DNA of 64,000 bases from Lytechinus pictus (lineage: Eukaryota): contig NC_087252.1 in assembly GCF_037042905.1 (NCBI RefSeq), positions 25,856,001 to 25,920,000 on the forward strand. Reading direction: 5' to 3'. The notes beneath the pieces are model-generated. The model saw nothing but the letters and a program-made list of their open reading frames with translations. It was not told the DNA's origin and did not search any database. The translations under genes and the position numbers were made by a program. This document shows positions 26,437 to 39,862 of this stretch, one piece after another; the first letter of the stretch is position 1, and each line of letters begins with the position of its first letter.

Positions 26437-26837
26437 AGGGAAAATGCCGAAAATTAGTTAACAAAATGAAAAAGGTCCTTATACATGTACTTTAACAATT
26501 ATTGACATCACAAACACTAACATCGTAAAAGCGTCTGCTGTGTGTCGTTGTTGCTATGCATGTCCCCCTTATTATATATTTACTACTATCATGACTATAG
26601 CAACTTTGTCATTTCATGGTTAGTACCATTGTAACAATTCTCATTGACCAATCAAAATCAAGGATTCCACTGAAGTTACCGTTGGATGGTATGCAACAGG
26701 GCCCATACGAGAAAAAAGTTTCCAAAGCAAGCATGGTAGTAATGAATATTATCAAAATCAGAGACTATCATCATGATCATAGGACATTTTATATCAAAAT
26801 TGGTTATGATCTTTAAATGAAAATCTGTACCACCAAC

Positions 26838-26913
26838 CTGGAAAGACCAAGAAGAAGCAAACATTTAAAGCAGATAATATCCAGAGAACCAGTTGCCTTT
26901 TGGAACCCGCCAT
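26838..26913 (-). CDS. Signal-peptide exon, copy 3
   Basis: MAGSKRQLVLWILSALNVCFFLVFP-G|GTTGGT; 76 nt, phase 1, same length as copy 1. Confidence 0.7.
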
Positions 26914-29900
26914 CTTCAGCCACGCAGCATGGTGTTGTATTAAGTTGTATTCCAATTGTATCAGTGCATAAATACACAAATATCAATGTTTAGATTATGA
27001 TTTATGGGATAATTATTAACCATCCATTTGTTATCGTAAATCAATGTAAACTGCAACTTTGGTAAAGTCAATGAATGCTTGTTTGATAAGTTGCCATGTT
27101 CACTCGACTTTTGCTCAAGCAAAGGCTGTACATATAACCGAGTACTGTTAGTATTTGCAATTTGAATTGGGGTTGAAAAGTGTAATATTCATTTTAGTTT
27201 AGATCTACATTTTTTTCATACCGGGAACGAAGACACGCCTCTTATGAACAGGTATCAGCTCACATTCCATGCTTGTATCGTTTGTTTGGTGATACATGTA
27301 AACTGATCAGGGTTTTTTTTTTTAATACTTCATGGCAATATGTAAAATAAAAATTAATGATACTCCATGGTATGGATTCCTACTCTTGCTTTTTAACAAA
27401 CATGACCTCCACCGTACCATCACCAGTTAAAGCAAATGAACTAAACATAGTTTACAACCTTTTTTATCAATACAGGAAGATACAATCATACAAACATGTA
27501 CATCAGAGAAAAAAATAACGGATAACTGAAAATTAGATAAAGCATGAAGACACCTAATGATTTGTAGTGACAAAAGTATAAATCAGTTATATTTTTAGTA
27601 GAGAATGTAAGCCTAGTTATTAAAAATAATATTGAGTATTAAGTGTGTGTGAGAGGGGTGGGGGTATAGTTTGTATTGTATGAGACAATGATATCATGGG
27701 TTTCTCTGAATGTACACACAAAAAAAATTATCTTAAAGTGTTTGCTTGTTGCTATATTTTCTCAATACTTGAACCTAATCATAACCCGCATTTAGGCGCG
27801 TCAAGTATGAAACTTGTCAATAATTAACTTTGTTTCGTACATGCATGGTCAACCTGCTTGAATCTTGGACAACCTTTAAAGAAGTTTTATAACACTGAAA
27901 AGTTGTAATTTTATGTCAGTTATCATACAGGCCTACGCTGTAGTAACAGTCAGAGACCAGTGCATTTCAGCCAATAAAAACAAACTAAAGAAAAGAGCAA
28001 ACAATTACTCTAGTAGTGTTATGTGCGGACAACTTTCATGAAACGTCTCATTGCTGCTAACATCGTCTTCAACTTCATTCCTTCCACTGACTCCTTCCTT
28101 GCATCTTTAACCATATTTCTACTGAGCTATTTCAGACCAAAACTTTCAAATTGATCCCCTTTCAGATATTGGCTGCTGATCACGCGATCGCCGCGAAAAT
28201 TGGCAAACCCTTATAGCCGCATGCAATAATTATGCAAATAAGTGTTTGCAATTATGTTTTGTGTTTAACTAATTTTAACAGGTAGTAAAATGCTAGTTTT
28301 TTTTATTAAGTTTGCCAATTCTGATATATATATCTACAAAGAATTAACAAATTATAATAATCTTCCTACATGCATATAACTGATTGTTTTGTAGCTTATT
28401 TTTTTGTAATTTTTTGTTGTTCTAACTTTGTCATGTTTGTTTTTGTTTTTTCTTCAGTGACCAATTTGGGATCATGTATGGCATAAAACAAATTGAAAGT
28501 AAAAGGTCAGGGGCGGTGAGGTAAAAATATATAGTGTCAGCGTAGTCACAAAAACACCATTCAACTGGCAACAGGTACAAACACTTTACATCTGAATCCT
28601 TGCTGGCCATTAATAATAACAACACATAAATGCACAAATGTATTTTATTAACAGTATAAGGGAGGAATTTATTCATCCATGCCAAATGAATCCGGATTGA
28701 ATATACTTCTTAGAAACAAAGAAAAATACTTACTAAGAAATAAAGGAAAAGAAAAGTGACTAAGGAGTAGAGAAAACAATGATAATTATTTCTTCTAGTT
28801 TTGACTACAAATATATCCATATCTTCCCAAATCAAAGTAATTGAGTAAAAAGACTTAGTCAGTACAAACATAGTGCGAAAGAAAAACAGATCATTGCAAA
28901 ATAAAACAATAAGAATATATGTATATACATACCCTTAAATGCACATAATTTTAAACATACTGTACACAAATGTTACAAATTATGAAATGCTGTAAAATGA
29001 AGGATATACATGTCAAACAATCATTGTTCAATATACTAACCCGAACGCATAGAAATTTACAATGACCTTTTCCAGTCTTATGCCTTTGCTTGAATAATTT
29101 TTTTATTAATAAAATAGAATACTTATTTTTTCATACATTTAGCCCAGTACAGAAAATAGGATGACTGGAAACTATTAAAAATCTCGACGCACAATCGGAT
29201 GGCGCCAAACGCTCTCGACGAACGCTTAACGCACAATGACGCACATCTACCGAATGACGACGAATTGGCTAAAGCTGCAACAATTCATTGCGCTGGATGT
29301 GCGCCCATCGTGCGAAAGCATGCTTAAAATTGGGTGAAGAGTTGCATGACTCTACACGCTAAAAGAACATTTGACATACGAGGGACGTACGTTTAGTATT
29401 CGTAGTAGTACGGCGGCGAACAACAAGCGCTCACGAAACGCGCACGTAACGGGCTTTAAACGATTTCCCAGCGAACATGCAGCGAGTTGAGCGAGTCCTG
29501 AACGGATGGCTAGCCCACCCAACGTTCTTCGAGCGTGTTCCCGTAGCGGTAACGTGGCATGTACCTATCGTGTAGTTGTGGGATATGACTAAGCGCGCCA
29601 AGCACCACCTTCCTCGTTACTTTTCATCCAAACCTCATGGGTATTGAAACAACCGAGGTTCATATAAATTGTTTTCTAAAAGAACCTAGGATCTTGTTTT
29701 TTGTTCAACATAATTATTCAACAAAATGCTAAAAACGAAATAAATTTTACTATTTGGTGGACAAATTTACTCTTTTCGTAATTTTACTTTCAGGAAAAGG
29801 TAAAATAATTTCACATGAATATACATTTTCTATGGAAAAAAAGATGTGCCGGCCGAAATTCAAGATGGCAGCCATTTTCACGAAAAATCACCGTTTTGGC

Positions 29901-31884
29901 AACAACTCAGTCATTTTATGAGACTTTCACACACTTTTAAATTAGTTAGATCTATGTTATAGGGGTCGGTTATTCCACGCCTACAAGAGAGTCACATTAT
30001 GACTGGAAGTTGATTGGAATTATTTTTTACAAATTTCATTTCTTTTTTACGGCGGCCACATTCTCGTGACTGCATGCCGTTGTTCGTGGACTTTACGTTG
30101 AATACGCACTGCATTCGTCGGGACATCTAGTAAATGCGATGTATGTACGGTCTGTATGCGTCCTATGTACGCGCAGCACGTCGGCAACGCGTGATGCATT
30201 CGCTTAAAGCTCATTAGCGCCTTTCCCAGATTCCTTACAGGAGTCGGGCGCACGACACATCGATCATTTTTTTCCACTTATGACTAAATTTCAACGCGCG
30301 GTACGAGCGTCGGGCTATATGTAATCGGGCCTTGAATAGTTTTCTGGTGGTTTACATGTTTGAATTTGAAAAAGCATTGAAAATATGTACATTTTTTATG
30401 AAATACCTAATGTTGTGATGTAAGTATATGATTCACTTCGATCAAATAAAAGAAATAATTTCAGATGTGGATAAGGGGCACACATCGGAGTAAACATAAA
30501 ACAGTATGATTTTCCCCCCAATACTATGAATGAATACAATTTTGAAAAATACAGTTACACCCAGTACACCTAAAAATTTCTGATTCACAGTAAAATAACA
30601 TACACGGTCACAATATATACAAATTATTACACAAAAACACCTGAAATCGAATTGTGATACCAAAAAGACCAAAAAATAGACATCATATATCATTTTGATT
30701 ATCTAAATTTCATTGCGAAAACGTTTATGCAAAATCACAAGCACAAGACAAAAATATTTGGGAAAGATGTGAATTATTTCAACTACTATCGCTGCTTGGT
30801 AAGTCTAGATATCCTGAAATTTATTTCAACTCTCTGACTATCTAAAAAGTATAATTGAGCCACTTCATTTTCTCGATGTGCTAGTACTTGTAATATCGAT
30901 AATCAAAATATCAAATTAAATGAAATTTATCAAATTTCTGGTACTAAAATAATTTTATTTTGCAAAACTGCGTCATGAAATTAATATAGCCACTTAGACA
31001 CTCTTTACAAATAAAATGTTTTGAGAGAATTTTACTACCAGCACTTGAAAACAATATCAATATAGGATTTCTATAGCGCAAGTAAGCACTTTGTTAGGTG
31101 CTAAAAGAGTCCTATATGAGCCCGGCATATCTAGTCTACCGATTCCAGTACTCACAGTTTTTGAGGAATTACTCCCTGCCGGTACAAGGAGAAAAAAATG
31201 TGTTTTCTCCATCGTCTTCAAGATTTATCTACGAAATTGAAGCTAATTGTTTTTTAATGTGTTTTTTTTCCCTTTGTAGTACATATATTACCTCCTCAAA
31301 AATATCCCTACATAGAATGGGTATCGAATATAAAAAAAATATCAATTGCTATTTAAAGACAGGAAATCCAATCGGCAGAATATACATCCATTGTTTTACA
31401 ATTTTGGATAGGATATTACACACACTACTTCTTCCCTCATACCATGTAAAAAAGAAATGATAAAGAGATCTCTGAATATGTAAATATATATCCCAATAAT
31501 TTCTCTAATTCACATCCCTGGACAGTATTTAGCATTCATTCAAACATATCAAGAATATGCAGAGGTTTTTTTTTTTTTTACATTATATTGTTACTGGAAA
31601 CATCGTAAAAGTTCTCACCCTCTTTCGTCGTGAGGTCTTTTTTTTTAGATGTCTGATTGATCTGATTTATTATACTTCCTTTTACGTCACTGTATTTATT
31701 ACTTTCTCCCATTCCAACTGAATAGCCATTTTATATATAACTTATACACAAAGTCCAGTCTGGCTTGTTTCAATTTCAATATTATGCCATTTGATCACTC
31801 TGGCATCGTCTTCTTACTGAAATATTGTATAATTGATTTCATTATTTATTATATATGTATATAAACCCCTCAAAAAAAGTTTGG

Positions 31885-32265
31885 AAATCTGAGTTTGGCC
31901 ATTACTCCCAATTTTACACAATGCATATTTGACATCATTAAAAAGATCATTTAACTTTCCTTAAAATGCTACCATGCTTTTTATGATCATGCAATCACGA
32001 AAAGAGCAGGATTCAAAAGTGTTTGATGAGGACAGAATTGAAAAGCTGCAAAACGAGCAAAAAAGTTTTTAAAATCTGAGTTTGGCCATCAATTTTTCTC
32101 AACTCGCAATTTTACACAATGCATATTTGATATCATTCAAAAGATCATTTAATTTTCTTCAAAATGATACCATGCTTGTTAAGAGCATGCCATCACGAAA
32201 AGAGCAGGATTCAAAAGTCTTGGATAAGGTCTGAATTGAAAAGCTGCAAAACGAGCAGAAATAGA
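31885..32265. repeat. Degenerate ~190-bp tandem duplication of a dispersed repeat
   Basis: AAATCTGAGTTTGGCCAT...TTTTACACAATGCATATTTGA occurs twice; inverted relative at ~47650-47735. Confidence 0.7.
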
Positions 32266-33524
32266 CATCAAGGGTCAATACACAACATGATTCTTTTGTC
32301 TGTGTCAATAGAGATGAAAATCCATTCAAATCAAGCACATGCTTCTTCATTTGTTATGTATTGTATTGTGGTTTACGTAGTGATGGCTCTGTGAGATAAC
32401 ATGATTTGAGTCGTGGTTTAAAATACCCATGCATGTTTGTTTGCTTGTTATGTATTTGCTTGTGCAGAGGTGTGTTTGATTTCATGTTAATGTTAAGGTG
32501 CATGAAAACAATTAAAAGTAACCGCTAAAAAAACTAATTACCATGGGAAGAGGAACAGTGACTTTTCAACATTGTGTCATTTTGCAACTTTTGAATTTTG
32601 ACCTTGCCCCCACATTTCAAGGCATTGCACCTCCATGTGAGCCATAATCATATCATGTTTTAAAGATAATTAAATGATAGATTTATTAATATTAATTATA
32701 CATTGATATTTACTAAAACCGAGGAGGGATTATTGATCAAAGTTAGATTTCCAAACTTTTTTGAGGAGTTTATATTTCTGAATTTATGATTGCTGTAATG
32801 TTTAATTATGCTTGTACATACATAATGATGTGATTCGGGTGAAATATTGTGGGGTTTGCTTGAAGTGAGCAAGTCATATGATCGACCATTGTTTTTTACT
32901 AGTTCACATTTATCACTTTTGATCTTAATACCTCTATTATTTTTATTCTGACATGGACGGAGTTGGGGGTCTAGGGAGAAAAGAATGCGAGTTGTGGATT
33001 TTGTGTTAACATTTTCCATACCCAGGCAGCCTCTCCAACTCTCAACTAGATATTGTTTTCTGTATCATGCAAAAGTGTAATTGATATTTTTATTTCATTC
33101 GTTTGTAACTCTGTATTTTTTATTTTGAAATGCCAAATAAAGTGATAATAAGAATAACATTAGTAAAATGAAATTCCCCAAGATGTAAAATGAAAATTGT
33201 CATATTTCATTGGCATTTGTTATCGCATTAGCAATATGCCACACGTTTTACTACAAACGTAATGTTTGCCCGTCGTGATTTGTCTCATCTAATGAATATT
33301 ATTAAGGCAACTGTAATCTCTGGATTTCTACACAAGTCTTCTGTCAATTCGTATTATACAGTCTAAATCATTATTTTTCAAACCTTGAAAGAAGTCATAT
33401 CATACATCAATCTTAAATATACACAACAAACAAGTCCCCCGCCCCCTTAAACAAACATCCATATTTTCCGAGTTCTGAATACAGTTTTTACATAAGCATG
33501 TAATATGCTACCCTCGTAGTAACT

Positions 33525-34582
33525 CAGTGGCGTAACTACGGGGGGGGGCATCAATCGGCTAGCAATCAAAAAGAAAAACAAGTCTATATACATGAATTAT
33601 ATATCCTTGCACTTCGAGTTATTATTGATTTTCGTCGTGACATATGCTTCTCTTTCATGACTACTAAAAGTGATTGTCCCTTTTAAGGTCTAAGTAGATT
33701 TCTAGTCCGCTTACGTTCGCATTAGTGGATTGGTGAGATATGTCTGCTCTTCATGAATTCCTAAAAACAGTCCTTAAATGCCCCTTTTCCGGTCTGAATG
33801 TCAAAAATTTTCAAGTCGCTTATTATCATTTTTTTATGAAACGCGTATGATCTTAGTGAACTCTTGAACACAAGCCTTCGAAATGCCCCTCTTCAGGTAT
33901 AAATTTCAGACATTCCTAAAAACAAGCCTTAGAATGCCTCTCTTTATGTCTGAATTCAAGGAATTTTCAGCTCGAGCTTCGCGCTTGCAATATTTGATTA
34001 GTGAGATATGTATGGTATTAGTGAATTCTTTATAACAAGCCATATAATGCCCCACTTCAGGTCTGAATTTCAAAAATTTTAAGCTCGCGCTTCGCGCTCG
34101 TAATATTTGATTACAAAGATACATAATCATGTTCATGATTACAATGACTTAAAAAAGTGCTTCATGGGTTTCGTTGTAATTCTTACAAAATCAGCACTGT
34201 GGTGAGATTATTACATATGTATGCTCTTCATGAATTCCTGAAAAAATAGTCCTTAAAATAACCCTGTTTGGGATCAATATACATGTATTTAAAAAAAATA
34301 TACTCGCGCTTCGCGCTCGCATTGTTTGTTTAGTGATACAGGTATGTATCATGATTACAAAAATTACCGTGTAATACTCCCTTTTTTAGGTCTGAATATA
34401 AAAAAAAATCAGCTCGCGCTTATCTTGATCAGTGAAATACATGTCCATTTAATGGCACAGTCCTTAAAATGTCTTTTGTAGGTCGGCATACCTTGCAATT
34501 GAGAGCGTTCGCGCCCAATAAGAGACTTAATTTTTGTTGCTGGTGCCCATCCCCCCATGCCGTGACCCACGGGACGCCACTG
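33525..34582. mobile_element. hAT-like MITE
   Basis: CAGTGGCGTA...GACGCCACTG ends; internal GCTCGCGCTTCGCGCTCG motifs; the empty site is visible in the copy near 62430. Confidence 0.7.
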
Positions 34583-35794
34583 GAATGAATGTTATAGACG
34601 TATTTTATATCATGCTTCAGTCATGCACCACCAGAAGGCATAATTGTCACCTTTCAAAGTCACAAGCGAAATATGATGTCCATGATTACACATCCTCATC
34701 TTGAAAAATCGACCGAAAGCTTGTAAAAGCTACTTTCTAAAAGACGATACAACTTTCTTTGCTAAATTTCACGATGGAATCATTGCAAGTCAGAATTTGT
34801 TATAATTTGATATTTACACATTTACCTCGATGAAAATAATCGAATACGATGACAATTATCTTTTTAAAGATTACCTTCAACAATGTTCATCATTTCACAG
34901 TTCAGTGAACATTTAATGAAATTAAAAAATATGATTTTCAAATATCATAGGCAAGTATTGTTTCATTTTGGGAACTGAAATAATCTTATCAACCTTTTTT
35001 CGTTATGTTCACGACCAATTAAAAATGCTTCAAAGGCGTTTAATTAAACATTCGCGCTTGAATGAACATGTGGAATGTGAAAAGCTGTTTTGCAAGTTAT
35101 TGAAAAAATGCAATTGCTAACTATTGGATATCTGTCACGAACCTTCTTGCAAAGTTCTTTGATTTGATTTTTATGAAAGTCCCGATGTCTATTGCTTCAA
35201 TGACAACTCAATATTCGAAAATTATGCAAATGAAAAAAGAGTTCAAGGCCTTGGCCGCACTCTGTGCCATACCGAATTATTATTTTGGTGTGCGCGCCAT
35301 TTGGATAGAGTCACTTTGAAGCCGTGTGCGAAGTTTTATGAAAAAAAAACAGTAACAAAATCTATCACCCCCCCCCCTCATTTCGCTTTTGTTAAAATTT
35401 AAATTTCCTTTCCCATATTGTTTTGCATCACTTTATTGTGCGAAAAGCAATAAAAGAACAGTGTAAGAATGACAATACATATACATTTACAGAACAGAAG
35501 AGAGCCCAGGACATGATCACATTACTGACACAAGCAGGGCAGATTAATATAATGTTACAGTTACTTAGTTAAACTACCAAATAAGATTGAACATTCGGTG
35601 AAAGTATAACAAACTGTTAATCATCAAGTTAATTTGTAATTAAATTATAGGCCTATAGATAAAATCTTTCAGATAAAAACCAACCATTGAAAAAATTAAG
35701 ACCATGACGTAAGTGGAGTCCTTTTAGCATGTTTATATACACTTTAAAATTGAATGGACCTCAAATTAATCCAGACCGGGTGCAGCCATACCGG

Positions 35795-37266
35795 GGCCGG
35801 CCGCGCGTTTCAGTTTTACACCCTGGCGAAGGCAATCTTTGCAAAAATAGCTACAAAGCGACTAGTGAACAGTCTACACACAACACCACCGCATGCAAGA
35901 CAGCCACTGAACTCCAGCACAGAGTTCAGTGGCTTCACGGCCACGGCACTTCATGTACAGAGAGCAGTCATGAATTAAATCCGAAAATGCTTTTGCAGTG
36001 GCGTGTATACAATGAGGTGAAAAACCCAGAATTCGGGCTATAGCAAAAATTAATTTAGTAAGCAGTAATAATGATAAGACTAATAACAGTAGTACAAAAC
36101 GAAGGAGAATCTGCAGTTAATTGTTTCCACTAATATGTTTCGTAATGATTCCGGGAATGATTCTAAACTATATATGAATTAAAATATACTAGTTCTAGTC
36201 TTAGTCTGCTATGCAGACTCTGAATGGCTCGTGAAGTGGGATCTGCGAAGCAAACCAGCCTGAAAGACCTAGTCTGCTATGCAGACTCGTTGAATCAGCT
36301 GAGGTACACACACTGCAGATGTGGGTCTACATTTGTCGACTATTCTAGTCTTGAGTTCTACTACTCCTACTACCACCGATATACTTACTATATTTTGTTT
36401 AGAATCATTATGAAATAATAGCGGAAACAACTGTAGGCCTCAGATTCTCCTTCGTTTTGTATTGTTATTATTATTGTCTTATCATAATGATAAGACAAGA
36501 ATATTAACACTAAATTAATTTTGGCTCTTGCCCGAATTGTAGGTTTTCATATCCTTGTGTATACAAATGCCACTGCAAAAGCATGTTATGTTCGGATTTA
36601 ATTCGTGGCAGTGCCGTGGCCGTGTTGTGGTGTGGGCCCGGGGGGGGGGGGCACTCAACATATAATGCATAGTGGGTATGTGCCGCGGAGGGGACCCCCA
36701 TTTTTACACTCAAATTTCCGTTCCGAGGCATAGCATTTTTGTCTTATTGAGAAAAAGAACAAAGAACGCCGCTCCAGAGCATAGCATTTTCTTCTTCTCG
36801 AGAAAAAAAGAAGAAAAAAATCCGCTCCAGGGCTTCGCATATTTTCCGTTACGCCGTTCCGGTCGCAATTTTGGTGAAAAGCGGCCGCAGCTCGCTGTCC
36901 GACCATCGTCTCTGCGCTAGCGCGCACGTCAGTCGTGCCGCCGGGCTAGCCGCATGTACGTTCCATAGGGATGCATACGCACTCGCACACAGGCGACCCG
37001 TTCCAAGGACCCCCGTTTTCACAAACATTTGTAGTTCCGAAGCCCGTTCCGAGGACCCTCCTTTTTACATTTAGCCCTCTCCAAGGCCCCCGTTTTTTGT
37101 CTCGCCCGCGGCACACCCCTACCACTTTTTTGGTCGAGTGCCCCCCCCCCCCGGGGGTGTGGGGAGAAACCAGTGACGTGTGTAGACTCTTCACTAGTCG
37201 CTTTGTAGCTATTTTTGCGGAGATTGCCTTCGCCAGGGTGTAAAACGGAAACGCGCGGGCCGGCCG
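35795..37266. repeat. Diverged inverted repeat with a MITE inserted in its right arm
   Basis: 35795-36170 is the reverse complement of 36400-36630 + 37164-37266 (e.g. CACCCTGGCGAAGGCAATC / GATTGCCTTCGCCAGGGTG). Confidence 0.75.
36637..37155. mobile_element. Second copy of the CCCGGGG MITE (inverted)
   Basis: 8-bp TSD GGTGTGGG (36629-36636, 37156-37163); near-identical to 1947-2460. Confidence 0.85.
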
Positions 37267-37639
37267 AATTCCCGAACCAACCTGAATCCCAGAGACAGAT
37301 TGCAATCCTTCGTCTCAGATGACGGAAAAAGTCGTCAGGACCTAAGTCACACCGAGAATCCGCCCGTCCCGAACACGACCACAGCCGATCCGGACTCGCC
37401 AGGGCGTATAATCTAGGCGGAGGCCGCAGCTACCGTCCCCCTACTATGCCACACGCAAGCGACAAGCCCGACATGGCGAGACCACGAATAGCTTCGCAAT
37501 CCCGTCACATCGGACCCCGCCCGCGCCCAGCACAACAGCAAGGACAACTGCGGTCCCCGCCCAGACTGCAGGGGAGATCCAGCAAAAATCCATGCAATTT
37601 AGAGTGTACAACTCTACACTATGTACGCAGAGGAATCTG

Positions 37640-38288
37640 ATTTTCCCAGTGGACATTGTTTGTGAGTAGTATATTACAAAATATGATGTCACTGCCAATT
37701 TAGAAAGGTTGTCTCTGAAAATGTTGTAAGGGGTTGGTTTGCCAAATTCCTTTAAAAGCATTTTAAGTAGTTTTGTGTTATTGGGGGGGGGGGGTAATGT
37801 AGCCTCTTGATCCCACCTCAATTGGAAATTTTTTTACAGAGTAGCTTTTGGATTCAATGTCAGAAATGAGTGGGGCGTATTTTATTTCTTTATATTCATG
37901 TGTTTTTTCTGTGTTGGTTTCAAAAGGGACCGAAAGTTCCAGTATCAGTAGTTTCTTTTCATTTTTTCCACAATGTACATATATCAGGGATCAGATTCGT
38001 CTGCGTACATTGCAATGGGACGGTAGATATCCCCTGTTTTTGGATTCTGACTTGAGGTCGGATATAATATCTACCCCCTGGTTTGATGTACCTTTCCGCA
38101 TTGTTTCCAATATGTACAAAAGAATATTGTCATGCCGCCATGCCATGTATAACGACCTTCGTCAAGGGCAACGGGACATGCGTTAAGGACGTGGTGGACC
38201 GTTTCCCGATTATTACATTTATTACATTTCGCTGATGTCATCTTCCCCCATCTTACAAGGTTTGCATTGGTATTCAAAGTGTGTACAC
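37640..38288 (-). mobile_element. RLE-type (NeSL/HERO-like) non-LTR retrotransposon 3' fragment, frameshifted
   Basis: CNKCNNRETVHHVLNACPVALDEGRYTW / RHDNIL zinc knuckle, then PDI...LLILELSVPFETN...KEIKYAPLISDI...PIEVGSRGYI. Confidence 0.85.
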
Positions 38289-38748
38289 TATAAATAGCCC
38301 CTTATTAAAAATGGTGGAACTTTTTTTCAAACTTGTCAATTTGGCAGTAATGTTGATCAACCTATGGGCATAATTCCGTTCAAATATGAAATCGATTTGT
38401 TAATTTATGCAGGAGTGATTACGCATCAAAGGGGGAAAATGGCATGTTCAATGTCACAGACTCATTTCGAGGGGTTATAAAGTGGCTTTTATATCATCCA
38501 TCATTTTATCACCACACATTTTCAGATTATATTTTTACACTTTCATTGTTGAGCGAGCACACTTAAAAACTTAGGAACGAATACGCTTTATGTTGCATTA
38601 ATGCATTCTTTTTCCTAACAATATCTTAGAATCAGTTAATCTATGGACTGATCAGTGGTGGATCCAGAATTTGAAAATGGGGAGGGGATCGAGAAATCGG
38701 GAGAGGGAAGCCACTAACATTTTCCAATTCGAACATGTTTTCAAAGTA

Positions 38749-39139
38749 TTATTATTATTATTATTTGTTTTGGCGTCACCTGTGCCTGGAAGGCGAAAAG
38801 CGAAATGAATCACTGTGACCCGCAGGTCTCTCCTCCCGATATAACTGATTGGGGGAATGCAGGTGGACCACTACACCGGGGTTTCCCCCTACTCTTATAC
38901 GAATAGTGCAGTGGCTTCTTAACGTGCAAAGGTGGTGACTCTCCTCTACACGGGACCTACGTTTAACGTCCTATCCGAGGGACGGAGTGTTTTCCATTGT
39001 AACATAGCCTGCATCTATGAAACATGGGAGAGATGTTTACACACAACGCACTGACTTCAGCCATCCGCCCGGGGTGGACTCGAACCCACGATCTTTGGTT
39101 CGACGGGCAGACGCGTTACCGATTGAGCCAACACCGCTC
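38749..39139 (-). mobile_element. Full-length tRNA-derived SINE with Meta/Deu-like core
   Basis: A-box TGGCTCAATCGG, B-box GGTTCGAGTCC, core CCTCGGATAGGACGTTAAA...GGTCCCGTG...GCACGTTAAG, (AAT)n tail, TSD TCAAAGTA (38741-38748, 39140-39147). Confidence 0.88.
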
Positions 39140-39862
39140 TCAAAGTAGTAGAAGATACTACCATAAAAACCCATGATGGCACGTAAAAAAATTCGCACTC
39201 ATTCAACCATGAACATACGCCAAAATTTTGTGTGGAGTTGCTAAATGATGGATAGTAATACCGCATTAGCACCATAATCACCAAAAAAACAAACTTTGCC
39301 CAACTTTGCATTTACAGTCTGAAAAACGACTCTTGTGACTTTCGAAAATAGTAATTTTTAAATTCATCTTTGATTACGCATGCATGACTCAACAAATCGA
39401 TCCCATCCCCCCCCCCCCTAGGAGTTGTTTAATGAGAGTAAAAAAACACATACGAAATATTATATCTAAAAATTACTCCGTTAAAAAAGTTACAATATTT
39501 TGACTAAGGGAGGAACTTACTTTTTGGTGTTTATATTACAATGCATAGATGATCACAAAACTGAACAATGAATGCATCCATTATTCCTTCGTCCCTGTAA
39601 CTGCTGAAGGTTACCTTAACGACGAAGTAGAGTGTAGTGATTTCACGTTATACCATGTGTTGTTTGGTGAAGACGACAAAGTTGCACTTGTCGGAAGACC
39701 GATTGTGACAGGTCTTGTTTAGGACCAACATGCCAATAAAAGAATACCTGGTGCACGGTGAAATTGCTACAGGCAACAAAACTTAAACTTTTACGAATTA
39801 ACCCGGGCCTGGTCTGGACCAGCGAGTTACTGAAAGCGGGACTAATTGGTACAGCACGCCCT

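Larger units (their letters stand above)
33422..39529. mobile_element. TA-flanked TIR element split by at least five later insertions
   Basis: Segments 33422-33524, 34583-~35416 and ~38290-39529 are collinear with the reverse complement of 59980-62538. Confidence 0.7.

Noticed and set aside
39065..39139. tRNA gene
   Set aside because: It is the head of a SINE with core, tail and TSD.
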